Positions 1-9,585 of a stretch of DNA of 64,000 bases are shown here, piece by piece; the stretch's first letter is position 1, and each line of letters opens with the position of its first letter. A program made the translations under genes and the position numbers. The stretch lies in the IMG/VR virus record IMGVR_UViG_2841096034_000001; one strand, written 5' to 3'. The notes under the pieces were generated by a model. It worked only from the letters and a program-made list of their open reading frames with translations, made no database searches and had not been told where the DNA came from. Source of the stretch: a virus (taxonomy: Duplodnaviria; Caudoviricetes).

Positions 1-1488
1 CTAGCGTTCAACCTCTACTTTTTCTTTTTGCTTTTCCTTCTGCTGAAAAGCCTCCTTATTCCCCTTTCCATTCTGCATTTCCGAAGTGGTGCTTTCTTTC
101 TCTTCATGAAACTCTCGGTCCAGCTTACTTTCGATTTGAGATAGTCGCTGTTCACCACGATCGGTCAATGGTAGTTCTTTTAATTCTTGAAGAGATTCTT
201 TCTTAAGCTGGTACACATCTTCCTTACTATGAGTCTCTTGAAAAGCACGCATCTGATTTAAACGTTCTTGCCGGTCAAAGTTTTCTTCTTTATCCAATTC
301 TTTTCCGACTGTTGGTTCAATAAAGTTCATGAGCTCCTTTTTATAAGCGTCTTTGAAATCTTGATGAGAATATTCCTCTTCAGCCTTATGACCTTTAATA
401 AAAGGCCCAATATCCTTCTCAGCCTTACTCACTTGGCTTCTATACATTTCCCGAAGCTTTTCAGAAGGTAATATCTCACTTTCTTGTTTCTCCTCTTCCA
501 TTTCATGATTTGGTTCTTTAACACTCATAGCTTTCTCTCCTTCCTTTTCTTGTTCCATTGATTCTTCAATGGTGGTAATAAATTCTTTAGCTGTTGACTG
601 AACTTCTTGTAATAGCTTTTCATGGTCTTTAAAATCATGATCCTTGGTCCAGTGATGCAGATAATCCAATGAGTAGTCACTGGTATCAATATTGAAATAA
701 GATGCAACGGTATAAGCTGTCATTTCTGCTTGAAATTCTTTCTCCGGTTTGGTGTAGTTATTGGTGTTTTCCTTTGTATGAAGCTTGGCATGAGTTAGTT
801 CATGTAACAAAGTCTTTGTGTCCTGACGCTCCGAGTTGCGAGGATTAAGAGCTACTTCACCTCTTCCTGTGTAACTTACTCCTTTAGCTGCTCCTAACTC
901 TTCATAAGGCTTTACAATTTGAATATTGTTTTTATCAGCTATAGCCTCCATTCCTTGTCGAAGCTGAGTGTAGTTTTCAACCTCCCCATCGATCCATTTG
1001 TTAGGAAAGATCTGAGGCAGATCTTTTTGAGTGGCCGTTGTCTGGGAAACATCAAATACACTCCCGGTAGAATAAACAAGACGGCCATCTCGTTTATCGA
1101 GTTGACCGTCTTTGACTTGTTGCTTTTCTTTTTTCGTTGCATATTTCAAAGGTTTCCATTCGCCTTCTCCATCTTGAAACTGCTGGCCTAAACGATTAGG
1201 CACGAGAACCTTAAGACTTTTCTCTCCTTTGTTTACGGAAAACCCTTTGCCTTTCCAGAAGGCGTAGGAACCTACAGCTTCAGCTCCCGGAAACTGTGAA
1301 TCAATTAGTGCTGTATTGCGTGGAGAATACCGATGGAACTTCCCCATAAAGTCCAGATACTCTTTCATTTGTTCAGGAGAATGAAAATGATTGGCGATGC
1401 TCTGCTCCATGCCTTCCGTCAAATGATTGATCTCTTCTTTCACCTGTTCAGGCGTTTTCTTTTTATAAGGTCGTTTAGTCTTCGCCAT
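1..1488 (-). CDS. ArdC-like ssDNA-binding N-terminal domain plus zincin metallopeptidase domain (ArdC/LtrC-like), acidic C-terminal tail
   Basis: F..FHRYSPRN..LI..QFP.A..V.SY..WK..G..V.KGEK motif, VFDVSQT, and HELTH...EFQAE zincin motif; likely start MAKTK at 1488. Confidence 0.75.
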   Translation of the reverse strand: MAKTKRPYKKKTPEQVKEEINHLTEGMEQSIANHFHSPEQMKEYLDFMGKFHRYSPRNTALIDSQFPGAEAVGSYAFWKGKGFSVNKGEKSLKVLVPNRLGQQFQDGEGEWKPLKYATKKEKQQVKDGQLDKRDGRLVYSTGSVFDVSQTTATQKDLPQIFPNKWIDGEVENYTQLRQGMEAIADKNNIQIVKPYEELGAAKGVSYTGRGEVALNPRNSERQDTKTLLHELTHAKLHTKENTNNYTKPEKEFQAEMTAYTVASYFNIDTSDYSLDYLHHWTKDHDFKDHEKLLQEVQSTAKEFITTIEESMEQEKEGEKAMSVKEPNHEMEEEKQESEILPSEKLREMYRSQVSKAEKDIGPFIKGHKAEEEYSHQDFKDAYKKELMNFIEPTVGKELDKEENFDRQERLNQMRAFQETHSKEDVYQLKKESLQELKELPLTDRGEQRLSQIESKLDREFHEEKESTTSEMQNGKGNKEAFQQKEKQKEKVEVER

Positions 1489-1756
1489 GATATTCAGCTC
1501 CATCACTGATGTTCATAAGCTCTTCCATTTCCTCTTCATCGTAGTTTGGTTGGGTATCCAGAATTAGTTCCTTGGTTGATTTATTAAACGGAATAAGCAA
1601 GTTTTCTTGAGTCATTAAATGCTGCTCAAGATCGGCCATTTCTTCCTCATTCAATGTTAGGCTATATTCCTCTTGGCCCACTTCCATCACAAGCTCCTTA
1701 TTATCGCTTAAACGCTTGAATACACCTACCTCATAATTGTTGTTAAACAAAAACAT
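1475..1756 (-). CDS. hypothetical acidic protein (93 aa)
   Basis: ORF with AAGGAG RBS, within the conjugation operon. Confidence 0.6.
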   Translation of the reverse strand: MFLFNNNYEVGVFKRLSDNKELVMEVGQEEYSLTLNEEEMADLEQHLMTQENLLIPFNKSTKELILDTQPNYDEEEMEELMNISDGAEYHGED

Positions 1757-1816
1757 CTGTTCATCTCCTTTATTGATAATTACTCATGAATACTATTAAA
1801 TTGATGCTTATTGTGT

Positions 1817-2224
1817 CTATGTCGCGCTTATTCTTTTCTGACGCTGATGACTGATTCTTTCTTCTACTGCTTGTTTCGCATCCTTCATCGCTTGGCTCTC
1901 AAAGATCGGTGTGGTAACACAGCTTTCTAAGTTTTGGTCCATCGCAAAACCATTCATTAATTCCAGAAGTACCTGCGTATTTTTATCACTACGATTGGCT
2001 GCTAACCGCAGTCTTTTCATCTCTTCAGAAAACACGTCTTGGAAACGTTGCGCCATTAAACTCAGGAGATATTCTTGAGAATGGTCGGTTGCCTTCTGCG
2101 CTTCCCATTCGCCAATCATACGGTCTAAAGCTTCACCAGGGTAACGAATATGATGCTGTTCCTGATAATCTTTGATTAACGCTATCGTCTCTTCATGAAG
2201 CGTGACATTTTGACGCCTTCCCAT
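1817..2224 (-). CDS. relaxosome accessory protein (Aux2-like, RHH N-terminus)
   Basis: N-terminal beta-strand/helix RHH pattern, LRLAANRSDKNTQVLLELMN motif, directly downstream of the relaxase. Confidence 0.6.
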   Translation of the reverse strand: MGRRQNVTLHEETIALIKDYQEQHHIRYPGEALDRMIGEWEAQKATDHSQEYLLSLMAQRFQDVFSEEMKRLRLAANRSDKNTQVLLELMNGFAMDQNLESCVTTPIFESQAMKDAKQAVEERISHQRQKRISAT

Positions 2225-2234
2225 TTAAATCCCC

Positions 2235-3398
2235 CTAACTTTCTCTTTCGATTTCTCGTTCTAACTTCTGATGATCCATATCATTGATAAACTGCTCATA
2301 TGTTTGTCCTAACGATCGTTGAATGCTTCTCAAAGAACGTTGCAATTGAATCCCTGAAGGCATGGACTTATAAGTGGCATTTGAATTGTTAGTTTGTCTA
2401 GGATACTGCTGACGATCGTACCGTTTCATTTCTTGCAAAAAAGCATTGCCCATTCGTTTATAGAGATCATCCAACTTGTCTTGTTTGTAATGTTGATAGC
2501 GTTTCTTATCCTTCAGTCCATCCCCATAGGCTTGCTTCAATTCATTTACTTCCTTGTCCAATTTTTCATGCAGCTGCTTCATATCTTTGCCATGATACTT
2601 ATCTAAATACCTTGTCGTTAGTTCATCTATCTTCGGTCGAATAGGATTCAGCGTTTGATAGCCATAGTGCCACTGTCGCTTATCCTTAGGCAAGTGATTA
2701 TACACATCGAGGAACAGAGGTTTTATTTCTCTATTGCTCCATTTCATGCTGCTATTTTCTTTCTTTGCATTCACCATGTGGTCACGAATCAACGAGTTAA
2801 TTTGATTTCGTTCTTGCGTTCGATTTAACAAGCCATTCACGACTTCACTTTTCATCGCGTCTAGCGTTTTCGGCTTTCGCTTTCCACGTTCACGAGTCGG
2901 GTTTGGTTCGACTGTGGCCACATGAATATGAATGTTATCGGTGTTATAGTGAATGGCCGCCGACCAGACAGCACTCTCTTGTAATCCCTCTTTTTTCATC
3001 ATCGACTGCAAGGATTTTCTTGTCACTTGCTTCAAAGCATCTTCATCTAAAGTGTGTGTCTTTGAATCATAAACGCCGCGTTTTTGAAGCCAATCATTAT
3101 CAAATGTAATAACGTCCTGCCACATGATACTGTTTTTCTTTTGAGCTTGTTCAAACAAAGATTTAATGCCCTGCTTTTCTTCCACCGATAAATGATCCGA
3201 CTGCTGAGTAAACAAAGCAGATGTTTTATCCGGATCGTCCATATAGTGATTATATAAACTAAACATGGACCGATGAGCATCCCCTTTTCCTTTGGCCTCT
3301 TCCCGATCCACATACTGTACATAATCTTGGAATCCTTTTTTATTCGCGGTCACGAATTTTGTTTTTAAAACCACCCCAGGCGTTACGGTTTCACTCAT
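2235..3398 (-). CDS. MobP2/MOB-L family relaxase (pLS20 Rel-like)
   Basis: DYVQYVDREEA, YNHYMDDP, MWQDVITFD and WSAAIHYNTDNIHIHVA HUH motif. Confidence 0.9.
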   Translation of the reverse strand: MSETVTPGVVLKTKFVTANKKGFQDYVQYVDREEAKGKGDAHRSMFSLYNHYMDDPDKTSALFTQQSDHLSVEEKQGIKSLFEQAQKKNSIMWQDVITFDNDWLQKRGVYDSKTHTLDEDALKQVTRKSLQSMMKKEGLQESAVWSAAIHYNTDNIHIHVATVEPNPTRERGKRKPKTLDAMKSEVVNGLLNRTQERNQINSLIRDHMVNAKKENSSMKWSNREIKPLFLDVYNHLPKDKRQWHYGYQTLNPIRPKIDELTTRYLDKYHGKDMKQLHEKLDKEVNELKQAYGDGLKDKKRYQHYKQDKLDDLYKRMGNAFLQEMKRYDRQQYPRQTNNSNATYKSMPSGIQLQRSLRSIQRSLGQTYEQFINDMDHQKLEREIERES

Positions 3399-3652
3399 GC
3401 TTCTTCACCTGGTTCTTCAATCTGCAAGAGATCGTTCATTTCTCGAATCACTGTATAACAATGAGCCATCGCTTGAATGTTTCGATCAACTAATTGCTGG
3501 AGTCTTTGTTCACGATTATTTTCTTCCTGAAAGATAGCTAACTGTTGTAACTGAGCATGCAAAAACTCTTGTCTGCTTAACCCTTTTTCATTCGCGAGTT
3601 CGTCAATTCGTTGGACGGTTTTCGGATCCATATAACGAATTCTTACTTCCAT
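3395..3652 (-). CDS. RHH relaxosome accessory protein (Aux1-like)
   Basis: MEVRIRYMDPKTVQRIDELANEKGLSRQEFL RHH pattern; AGGAGGG RBS before ATG at 3652 (the longer 152-aa call runs into oriT). Confidence 0.75.
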   Translation of the reverse strand: MEVRIRYMDPKTVQRIDELANEKGLSRQEFLHAQLQQLAIFQEENNREQRLQQLVDRNIQAMAHCYTVIREMNDLLQIEEPGEEA

Positions 3653-3659
3653 AAAAGTC

Positions 3660-3900
3660 CCTCCTTCTGAATAAGGTCCTAAAACTAGTGAATAAAGAGA
3701 AGAGCATAAGGGGTTTTTGTTCCCACTTGGCGTGTGAATCCCGGCAGAGCCGGGCAAAACGAGGGAACAAGAAAATCTCCAGATGTGCGGTCGCTGTGCG
3801 GCTAAAATAGGAACGTTCATTCGTGTATTCACCTTGATGTGTGGCCCCTGCACAGGAGATGTGTGGTCCGTGTGTTGACCTTTTTCACAACCTACACCCC
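3660..3900. promoter_or_regulatory. putative oriT
   Basis: Non-coding gap upstream of aux1-rel; GC hairpin CCCGGC-aga-GCCGGG (~3739-3754); three direct repeats GATGTG(C/T)GG at 3782, 3836 and 3858. Confidence 0.65.
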
Positions 3901-3902
3901 AT

Positions 3903-4766
3903 TTAGTTCGAAATCATCTCCCGTTTTTCTTGCAACATCTCAACTTTTTCAACGATGGTTTGGATAGTTAGTTCATGTTCAGCTGCCTCTTGATTAATCT
4001 GATCTTTTTCATTTTCTAGCTGATGAATTCTAGCCTCCGTTTGCGTTTTCTCTTCCTCTGTTTCGTAAAGAAGCTCTGATTCTAATTCAACAGTTTTCTG
4101 ATCAATTTCTTTGATTCGTTCATTGATCGTTTGAATGCTTTCCTTCTTCTCTTTTATAGTTTCTTTAGCCTCTTCGATCTCTTCAGATACAGCAGCAACT
4201 TCATATTCTTGCTCCGTTAAAATGTTTAATTGTTTGTCCATTTCCACTTTACGTTGATCTGTATAAATACGTGCCAGCTCTTTCTTTTCCTCACCCCCTT
4301 TCAAGGAATTTTGAGTACTCTCTTTCGTTAAAAGTGGATTGGTATCTTCCTTATTTACATCTAAGGCCATGACATCAAAGGAAGGACTTACCTGTTGGAT
4401 ACTAATGACATATCTACTTTCATCGCTGTACTCTACGTGCGTTGGAAGATCACGTTTTGGATGCTCTTTTTCCTGAGCCGTGAAGCTTAATTTTTCATCT
4501 AATAAAGTGGTTGATCTATTAAGGTTCAAGGTGACAACCATCAACTTTTTCGTTGGATTATAAACCCAGTCCTTTATGGTCAGTTCGCCTGATCCTTGTA
4601 AGTTCAAAGGTTCATTGACAGGTGTTTGTTGAACTTTACTCTGCTCTTCATCACCAAAGATAAAACCAGAAAATAGGAAAAAAAGAAGCGCCATGGCCAT
4701 GACGCTTAATCCAGTAAGATATTTTTTTGAGGTCCCTTCGGTAATATGTTTCGTGTGTTTCTTCAT
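3903..4766 (-). CDS. membrane-anchored conjugation protein with C-terminal coiled coil
   Basis: N-terminal TM helix, long E/K coiled coil; ATGA overlap with upstream gene at 4763-4766. Confidence 0.65.
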   Translation of the reverse strand: MKKHTKHITEGTSKKYLTGLSVMAMALLFFLFSGFIFGDEEQSKVQQTPVNEPLNLQGSGELTIKDWVYNPTKKLMVVTLNLNRSTTLLDEKLSFTAQEKEHPKRDLPTHVEYSDESRYVISIQQVSPSFDVMALDVNKEDTNPLLTKESTQNSLKGGEEKKELARIYTDQRKVEMDKQLNILTEQEYEVAAVSEEIEEAKETIKEKKESIQTINERIKEIDQKTVELESELLYETEEEKTQTEARIHQLENEKDQINQEAAEHELTIQTIVEKVEMLQEKREMISN

Positions 4767-5344
4767 GAATAGCCCTCCTCTTCGACGTCTTGAAAACCTG
4801 TTATCTTCCACAGTCCTTCTTCCCTATGAACTTTTATATTTAGAAACACGGGAGACACCTGTTGTTGATCGCTCTGTAAAGAATAGAGCGTGTGTTTAAA
4901 CTTAACTAATACGCTAGCTTTATTGTTTGTGAGATTACCTGTTTTGATGAATATTTCTACTTCATCCACCTCCGTTTTCCTGTCTCCTTTATAGTTAGCT
5001 GTAGGAAAGAAGGTTGCAGCTAAATCTTTGCTCATCACCTTGTGTGCTTCTTTTTTCCTTTCTTGGTAGGTCTCTTTATCCTGTTTAAAAGCAACCTCTA
5101 TAAACACAGAAACCTGCTTCACTAAAGCGTCATATCTCGCTTGAATGTCAGCAGGTTCCTGTTTTTGTAACGTCATCTCTAATTCGGTTTTTTCTTCCAT
5201 AACCTTTTCGTTTTTCACCTTTAATTGATGCAAGCTTTCCTGTAGATCATCACTCGATGCTGTGCGTGCAGCATATATGTTAACCGATGTGAGAACTATT
5301 AACAGAACGACAAACAGGACAAAAAGAACACGTCTATTCATCAA
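4763..5344 (-). CDS. VirB8-like/NTF2-like membrane-anchored conjugation protein
   Basis: N-terminal TM, coiled coil, C-terminal beta-rich region ending WKITGF; follows VirB1. Confidence 0.5.
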   Translation of the reverse strand: MMNRRVLFVLFVVLLIVLTSVNIYAARTASSDDLQESLHQLKVKNEKVMEEKTELEMTLQKQEPADIQARYDALVKQVSVFIEVAFKQDKETYQERKKEAHKVMSKDLAATFFPTANYKGDRKTEVDEVEIFIKTGNLTNNKASVLVKFKHTLYSLQSDQQQVSPVFLNIKVHREEGLWKITGFQDVEEEGYS

Positions 5345-5356
5345 CGTTCTCCTTTC

Positions 5357-6457
5357 TTAGAGCCCAAGATAAGGGGCAGGATTCACATCAGAACGATACT
5401 GTTTTTTGGTCCGAACTTCAAAATGTAGATGGGGACCTGTAGAGTTTCCTGTCGAACCACACTTGCCTACTTTTGTTCCTTTTTGAATCATCTCCCCGTT
5501 TTGTACACTTATCGTATACAAATGAGCATAGTGACTATAAAGTCCCTCATCATGTTTCACAAGAACGTTATTTCCATATCCAGAGTTTTTTCTTACCACT
5601 TCAACCACTTGACCGTTATCTACGCTTTGAATAGGCGTTACGGCGTTCGTACAAGCAAAATCAATACCTCTATGCATGTCCGGTGTACCATCAAAGGGAT
5701 CTGAGCGCATTCCGTAATTAGATGTTTGTGTGAGTGCTCCTTCAACGGGCATAACCCAATCTCCTGTTGGTTGTAAATCTGCTTCAATAACTCCGCCTTT
5801 AAGGTAACTTAAAACAGCCTCAACATAACCAATATCCCCATAACAAGCTCCTGTTTCTGCCGACTCAGGTCTAATGCAGGAATACATGCCTGTATGCTTC
5901 AATTCCTGGTACTTCATTCTTGAAAATTCGATCGCTAACTCTTTGCTGTATTCTCCATTGTTGTGTTTGTTTGCGTAATCAATGAACCCTCCACCGAAGT
6001 TATAAGCTTGGAGTGTTAGATTAATATCTCCCCCTGCTTTCTCCAGCATCTCAGAGAAGTATCGGATACCAACATTAATACTCCTTTCAGGATCCTCTAT
6101 CGTGTTTGGAGGTAGACCAAGAGACTCACTTGCTTGCATCACATCATCAAGACGACCACCCGATTCTTGCATCGTTTTGGCCAAGAGAAGCTCCACATAC
6201 TTGGACACCCCATACTTTTCAGCATATTCTTCAAACAGAGGACGGTACTCTTCTAGTGCAGCTGAAACTTGCGCTGTTCCATTTACCACATCAACGGACC
6301 TCACATCCTCACTGGAGGAAGACTTTTGATAACCGATCAACCCTGTAATGACTGAAGCATACAAAAGCATTTGTAGAAGGAAAAGAGCGACCAGAATACC
6401 AATCAACCAAAGCCATACTTTCCGAGGGACTAACCCCAGGAGAAGGGACCAAGGCAT
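5357..6457 (-). CDS. VirB1-like cell-wall hydrolase (lysozyme-like + M23 peptidase)
   Basis: QESGG..DVMQASES, QAYNFGGGF (lysozyme-like); HRGIDF and STGPHLHFEV (M23). Confidence 0.9.
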   Translation of the reverse strand: MPWSLLLGLVPRKVWLWLIGILVALFLLQMLLYASVITGLIGYQKSSSSEDVRSVDVVNGTAQVSAALEEYRPLFEEYAEKYGVSKYVELLLAKTMQESGGRLDDVMQASESLGLPPNTIEDPERSINVGIRYFSEMLEKAGGDINLTLQAYNFGGGFIDYANKHNNGEYSKELAIEFSRMKYQELKHTGMYSCIRPESAETGACYGDIGYVEAVLSYLKGGVIEADLQPTGDWVMPVEGALTQTSNYGMRSDPFDGTPDMHRGIDFACTNAVTPIQSVDNGQVVEVVRKNSGYGNNVLVKHDEGLYSHYAHLYTISVQNGEMIQKGTKVGKCGSTGNSTGPHLHFEVRTKKQYRSDVNPAPYLGL

Positions 6458-6459
6458 CC

Positions 6460-8382
6460 TTATGCACCTCCTCCAAACAAGGCTAATTCTTCGTCCGATA
6501 CTTCCACCTTGAAACGAATGTTTTCAACCGCACGGATGCTTAACATCGTCTCCCCTGTTTGTAGGTAAGGGATATCTTTTAATTCACTTTGGCTTAATTG
6601 CCCCATGAATATTTGCTGCATCATCTCTAAGTTGTTACTATCTTGCTGCATAATTATCTTGTATTGGGTCAGTTCAAAAAGCTTCTTGATTTCCTCTACC
6701 ATACTCTGATCCGAACCCTCAGGAACAAAATCACGAATGGTGTGACTGGCATAGAGAAGAGCACCAAAATACTTCCTTGCCTCTCGGCTGAACTTTGTAA
6801 GAAAATCAAGAGCACTCTCACTTTTCTTCTTTGTATTAATGATGTGGTGAGCTTCATCCATCAAGATGAGATATCGTACAGCGTCTTCAAAAGCTAATTC
6901 TCCTCGATTATAAGCATCAAACTGCGGAGATCCGTTCGTTAGCATGGAGTCCCATAGAAGGTTGAGTACATTAAACAATTGCGCTTGGAAAACCTCTGCC
7001 CTCATTTGCGATAGGCCCCTAAGTGTAAACGTAACGACCTGTTGCTCATCAAAGTGTTCGATGGTTGATACTCCATTGAAGAGATGCGCGTAAGTCTCTA
7101 CAAGGTTACGAATGTTTAATTCGATGCTTTCCAGGCGTCGTTTCCTTTCCTGACTCAACTTCTCCTTTTGCTTCCCTTCCTTGATATTTTCATAGAGTTG
7201 TTCTTCGATAAAGGCAAGAAAATCGATGAAGATAGGGTACTCATGGACAGAAAGTTCGGTTATATTTGATTTTGAATCATCGTTCCATAAGCCAAGCTTT
7301 TCATAGAGCTTTCTTAATAGATTTTCATATTCTTTCAATTCACTATCATTCGCTTCAGGTGCTAAGAATTTATAGAATGTCGTCAATTTGGATAAATGCT
7401 GAGTAAAGGACGTATATTCGTCCTCTGCCGTTCGATACACCTGCAAAGGGTTGATGACCCCATCTGAACCATCGAGAGCAATCTGCTTCCCACCTAAAGC
7501 TTCCGTTAACTCCACAAATTCTCCTGTGACATCAAACGTCCGGACCTTATATCCTTTAATCGCATTATCCAGCATAATTTTCTTAAGTGTCGTAGACTTT
7601 CCTGCCCCCATCGCTCCGACCATGACTCCGTTATAACTCTTACGCTGCTGATCTCTATGAAAAAGATCAAAGACGACGTTTCCTCCGGTGAGTGTCGTGC
7701 CATAGAATGTACCGTAAGGATCGTTTAAGCTAGTAAAATGAAAAGGAAAGCCACCTGCTAACCCTAGTGCGGGTATCGGGTGACCTTCCCTCTTGTTTCT
7801 ATAAGTGGATTGTTCTGTATAATTGGTGAGTAGTGATCTCCATTCGAATTCCTGTTCGTTTAAGAAGATGGATCCTCGAAAATTCTCGTCCTGTAACGTC
7901 GATAAGACGACTTTCACTTTGTCTTCCAGCTCTTCTCTTGTTGGTGCACTTACATAATGCCTAAGGTGAACACGTTTAACGATTTCTCCTTCTTCAGACA
8001 CCTGATTGTACAGCTGCCGTAAATCATCATAGTTATTTTGCGCTTCTATAATACCTGCATTATCTTTTTCATTAATCATTCTGGAACTCTGTTCAGCCAT
8101 CCCTTTGTTTAAACCATCTCGGACTTTGTAACGATCGTCAGAGACAATATCCATTGTAGTAATGACATTCTCCATATTGAAAATAGGTTCTAACCAAAAG
8201 TCTGAAACATTTTTAGGGAAGGAATAGACATGGACACAAACTTCATAACCGTCTCCTTTTCGAGTAAAGGTTTCCTGAAATTTAATTCCTCCTTGCGGTT
8301 GGATATGGGCCAGTAAAAAAGGGTTATATCCTTTTTCTTGTGTTTCTTCGGCATCACTTTTCTTTTTTAGAAATGAGAACAT
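6460..8382 (-). CDS. virB4: VirB4-like conjugation ATPase
   Basis: Walker A GAMGAGKS, FDVTGEF, Walker B ILMDEAH, REARKY. Confidence 0.9.
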   Translation of the reverse strand: MFSFLKKKSDAEETQEKGYNPFLLAHIQPQGGIKFQETFTRKGDGYEVCVHVYSFPKNVSDFWLEPIFNMENVITTMDIVSDDRYKVRDGLNKGMAEQSSRMINEKDNAGIIEAQNNYDDLRQLYNQVSEEGEIVKRVHLRHYVSAPTREELEDKVKVVLSTLQDENFRGSIFLNEQEFEWRSLLTNYTEQSTYRNKREGHPIPALGLAGGFPFHFTSLNDPYGTFYGTTLTGGNVVFDLFHRDQQRKSYNGVMVGAMGAGKSTTLKKIMLDNAIKGYKVRTFDVTGEFVELTEALGGKQIALDGSDGVINPLQVYRTAEDEYTSFTQHLSKLTTFYKFLAPEANDSELKEYENLLRKLYEKLGLWNDDSKSNITELSVHEYPIFIDFLAFIEEQLYENIKEGKQKEKLSQERKRRLESIELNIRNLVETYAHLFNGVSTIEHFDEQQVVTFTLRGLSQMRAEVFQAQLFNVLNLLWDSMLTNGSPQFDAYNRGELAFEDAVRYLILMDEAHHIINTKKKSESALDFLTKFSREARKYFGALLYASHTIRDFVPEGSDQSMVEEIKKLFELTQYKIIMQQDSNNLEMMQQIFMGQLSQSELKDIPYLQTGETMLSIRAVENIRFKVEVSDEELALFGGGA

Positions 8383-8385
8383 TCC

Positions 8386-9045
8386 TTAACCCCTCTTCTC
8401 TAATTTAGAATTTTGATTATATAGCTTATAGAGCAAATCAAGCTTCTTTTCATCAGTTAACTCAATGACCGGAGCGACTCGACCAAGATAGCGCCGACAA
8501 TTGTTTCTATACTCAGCAAGCTGTTTAAGGCTAGTCGCGTAAATGTATAAATAAAATTCTCTGTTTGTCCGGTAGGTCTCTAAAAAGTGCAGTTCCTCCC
8601 TTTTTCTAATTAAAAAACGTTCATAAAGAGGCGCCTTGTTCTGTGTAATCTTGTAATTAATCGCATCTAGTTGTTTTTTCATATTAACCGGAAAATTCAT
8701 AGATACGATCTTGATATCCGGCGCATATGATTGAAAGAACTTAGCCATCTTCATGATGTCGTACTCGGTTTCCTGGGTAGATGGAGAATAAATATCTTTA
8801 CTCTGAAGTTGCATCACGTCCATATAGCCCGTGTCTCCTTTTAATTGAAAGGATCCTTCTTCGGTCATGTCCTGAATGGGAAGAATCTCAGCTATGGATG
8901 GAATTGCCACCTCTCTCTTTTTCTTTTTAGCGTTCGACCTTTGCTGCTTCTTGTTTTTCTCAGTAGTTTTTCGTTCATCAAAAAGAGCCATTTTTTCGGA
9001 ACTGTCTTCTTTAAAGAAAGGTTGGTCTTTCTTATTCTTCTTCAT
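8386..9045 (-). CDS. conjugation protein (TrsD-like, precedes VirB4)
   Basis: DIKIVSMNFPVN and RTNREFYL motifs; position before virB4. Confidence 0.55.
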   Translation of the reverse strand: MKKNKKDQPFFKEDSSEKMALFDERKTTEKNKKQQRSNAKKKKREVAIPSIAEILPIQDMTEEGSFQLKGDTGYMDVMQLQSKDIYSPSTQETEYDIMKMAKFFQSYAPDIKIVSMNFPVNMKKQLDAINYKITQNKAPLYERFLIRKREELHFLETYRTNREFYLYIYATSLKQLAEYRNNCRRYLGRVAPVIELTDEKKLDLLYKLYNQNSKLEKRG

Positions 9046-9261
9046 TTAAAGTCCTCCCTCATTTTTCTTTCCTGCTACTTCATGAATCAGGTCAAAAATT
9101 ACGCCGACCGTTTCATGCTCCCATCCAGACAACCACCGAATCTTCCGTGCTTCTATTTTTGTTAAGTCTCGTCCAAGCTGTTCCTCAAGAAGTGCCTTAA
9201 ACCTTTGAAACGTATATCCTTCATCATTTAACTCTTCATATTTGATCACTATTCCTACCAT
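9046..9261 (-). CDS. small hypothetical protein
   Basis: ORF abutting neighbours; start uncertain (9261 or 9249). Confidence 0.5.
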   Translation of the reverse strand: MVGIVIKYEELNDEGYTFQRFKALLEEQLGRDLTKIEARKIRWLSGWEHETVGVIFDLIHEVAGKKNEGGL

Positions 9262-9559
9262 CCTCCCTTTCTTTTTTATCGATGGCACAATAAGCAATTC
9301 GGTCCCTTGTGACAGCTAAGAACAACGCTTTTGCCATACGCAGCTTTGGATTCGTTTTGGGTCGGATTAACCAACCAACCATCAATAAGATCCAAAAGAT
9401 TGCATACCACCAGACGAATGAAGAATGAACGACATACCGAAATGTAAAGCCTATGCCGCCGAGGATGAGGACCACAAGTAAGTCTGTAAGGTAAAATAGA
9501 CGGTTGATCTTCAACTCACTTCCAATTTCGGATGGAATCTTATATTGCAATAAAAACAC
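9236..9559 (-). CDS. VirB3-like two-TM conjugation protein (DUF5592-like)
   Basis: YKIPSEIGSELKI motif plus two TM helices, between VirB6 and VirB4. Confidence 0.6.
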   Translation of the reverse strand: MFLLQYKIPSEIGSELKINRLFYLTDLLVVLILGGIGFTFRYVVHSSFVWWYAIFWILLMVGWLIRPKTNPKLRMAKALFLAVTRDRIAYCAIDKKEREDGRNSDQI

Positions 9560-9585
9560 TCCTTCATAACAAAACGCGGACCAAG

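Noticed and set aside
3653-3853. N-terminal extension of the 152-aa ORF
   Set aside because: Overlaps the oriT-like repeats; the strong RBS and RHH motif begin at 3652
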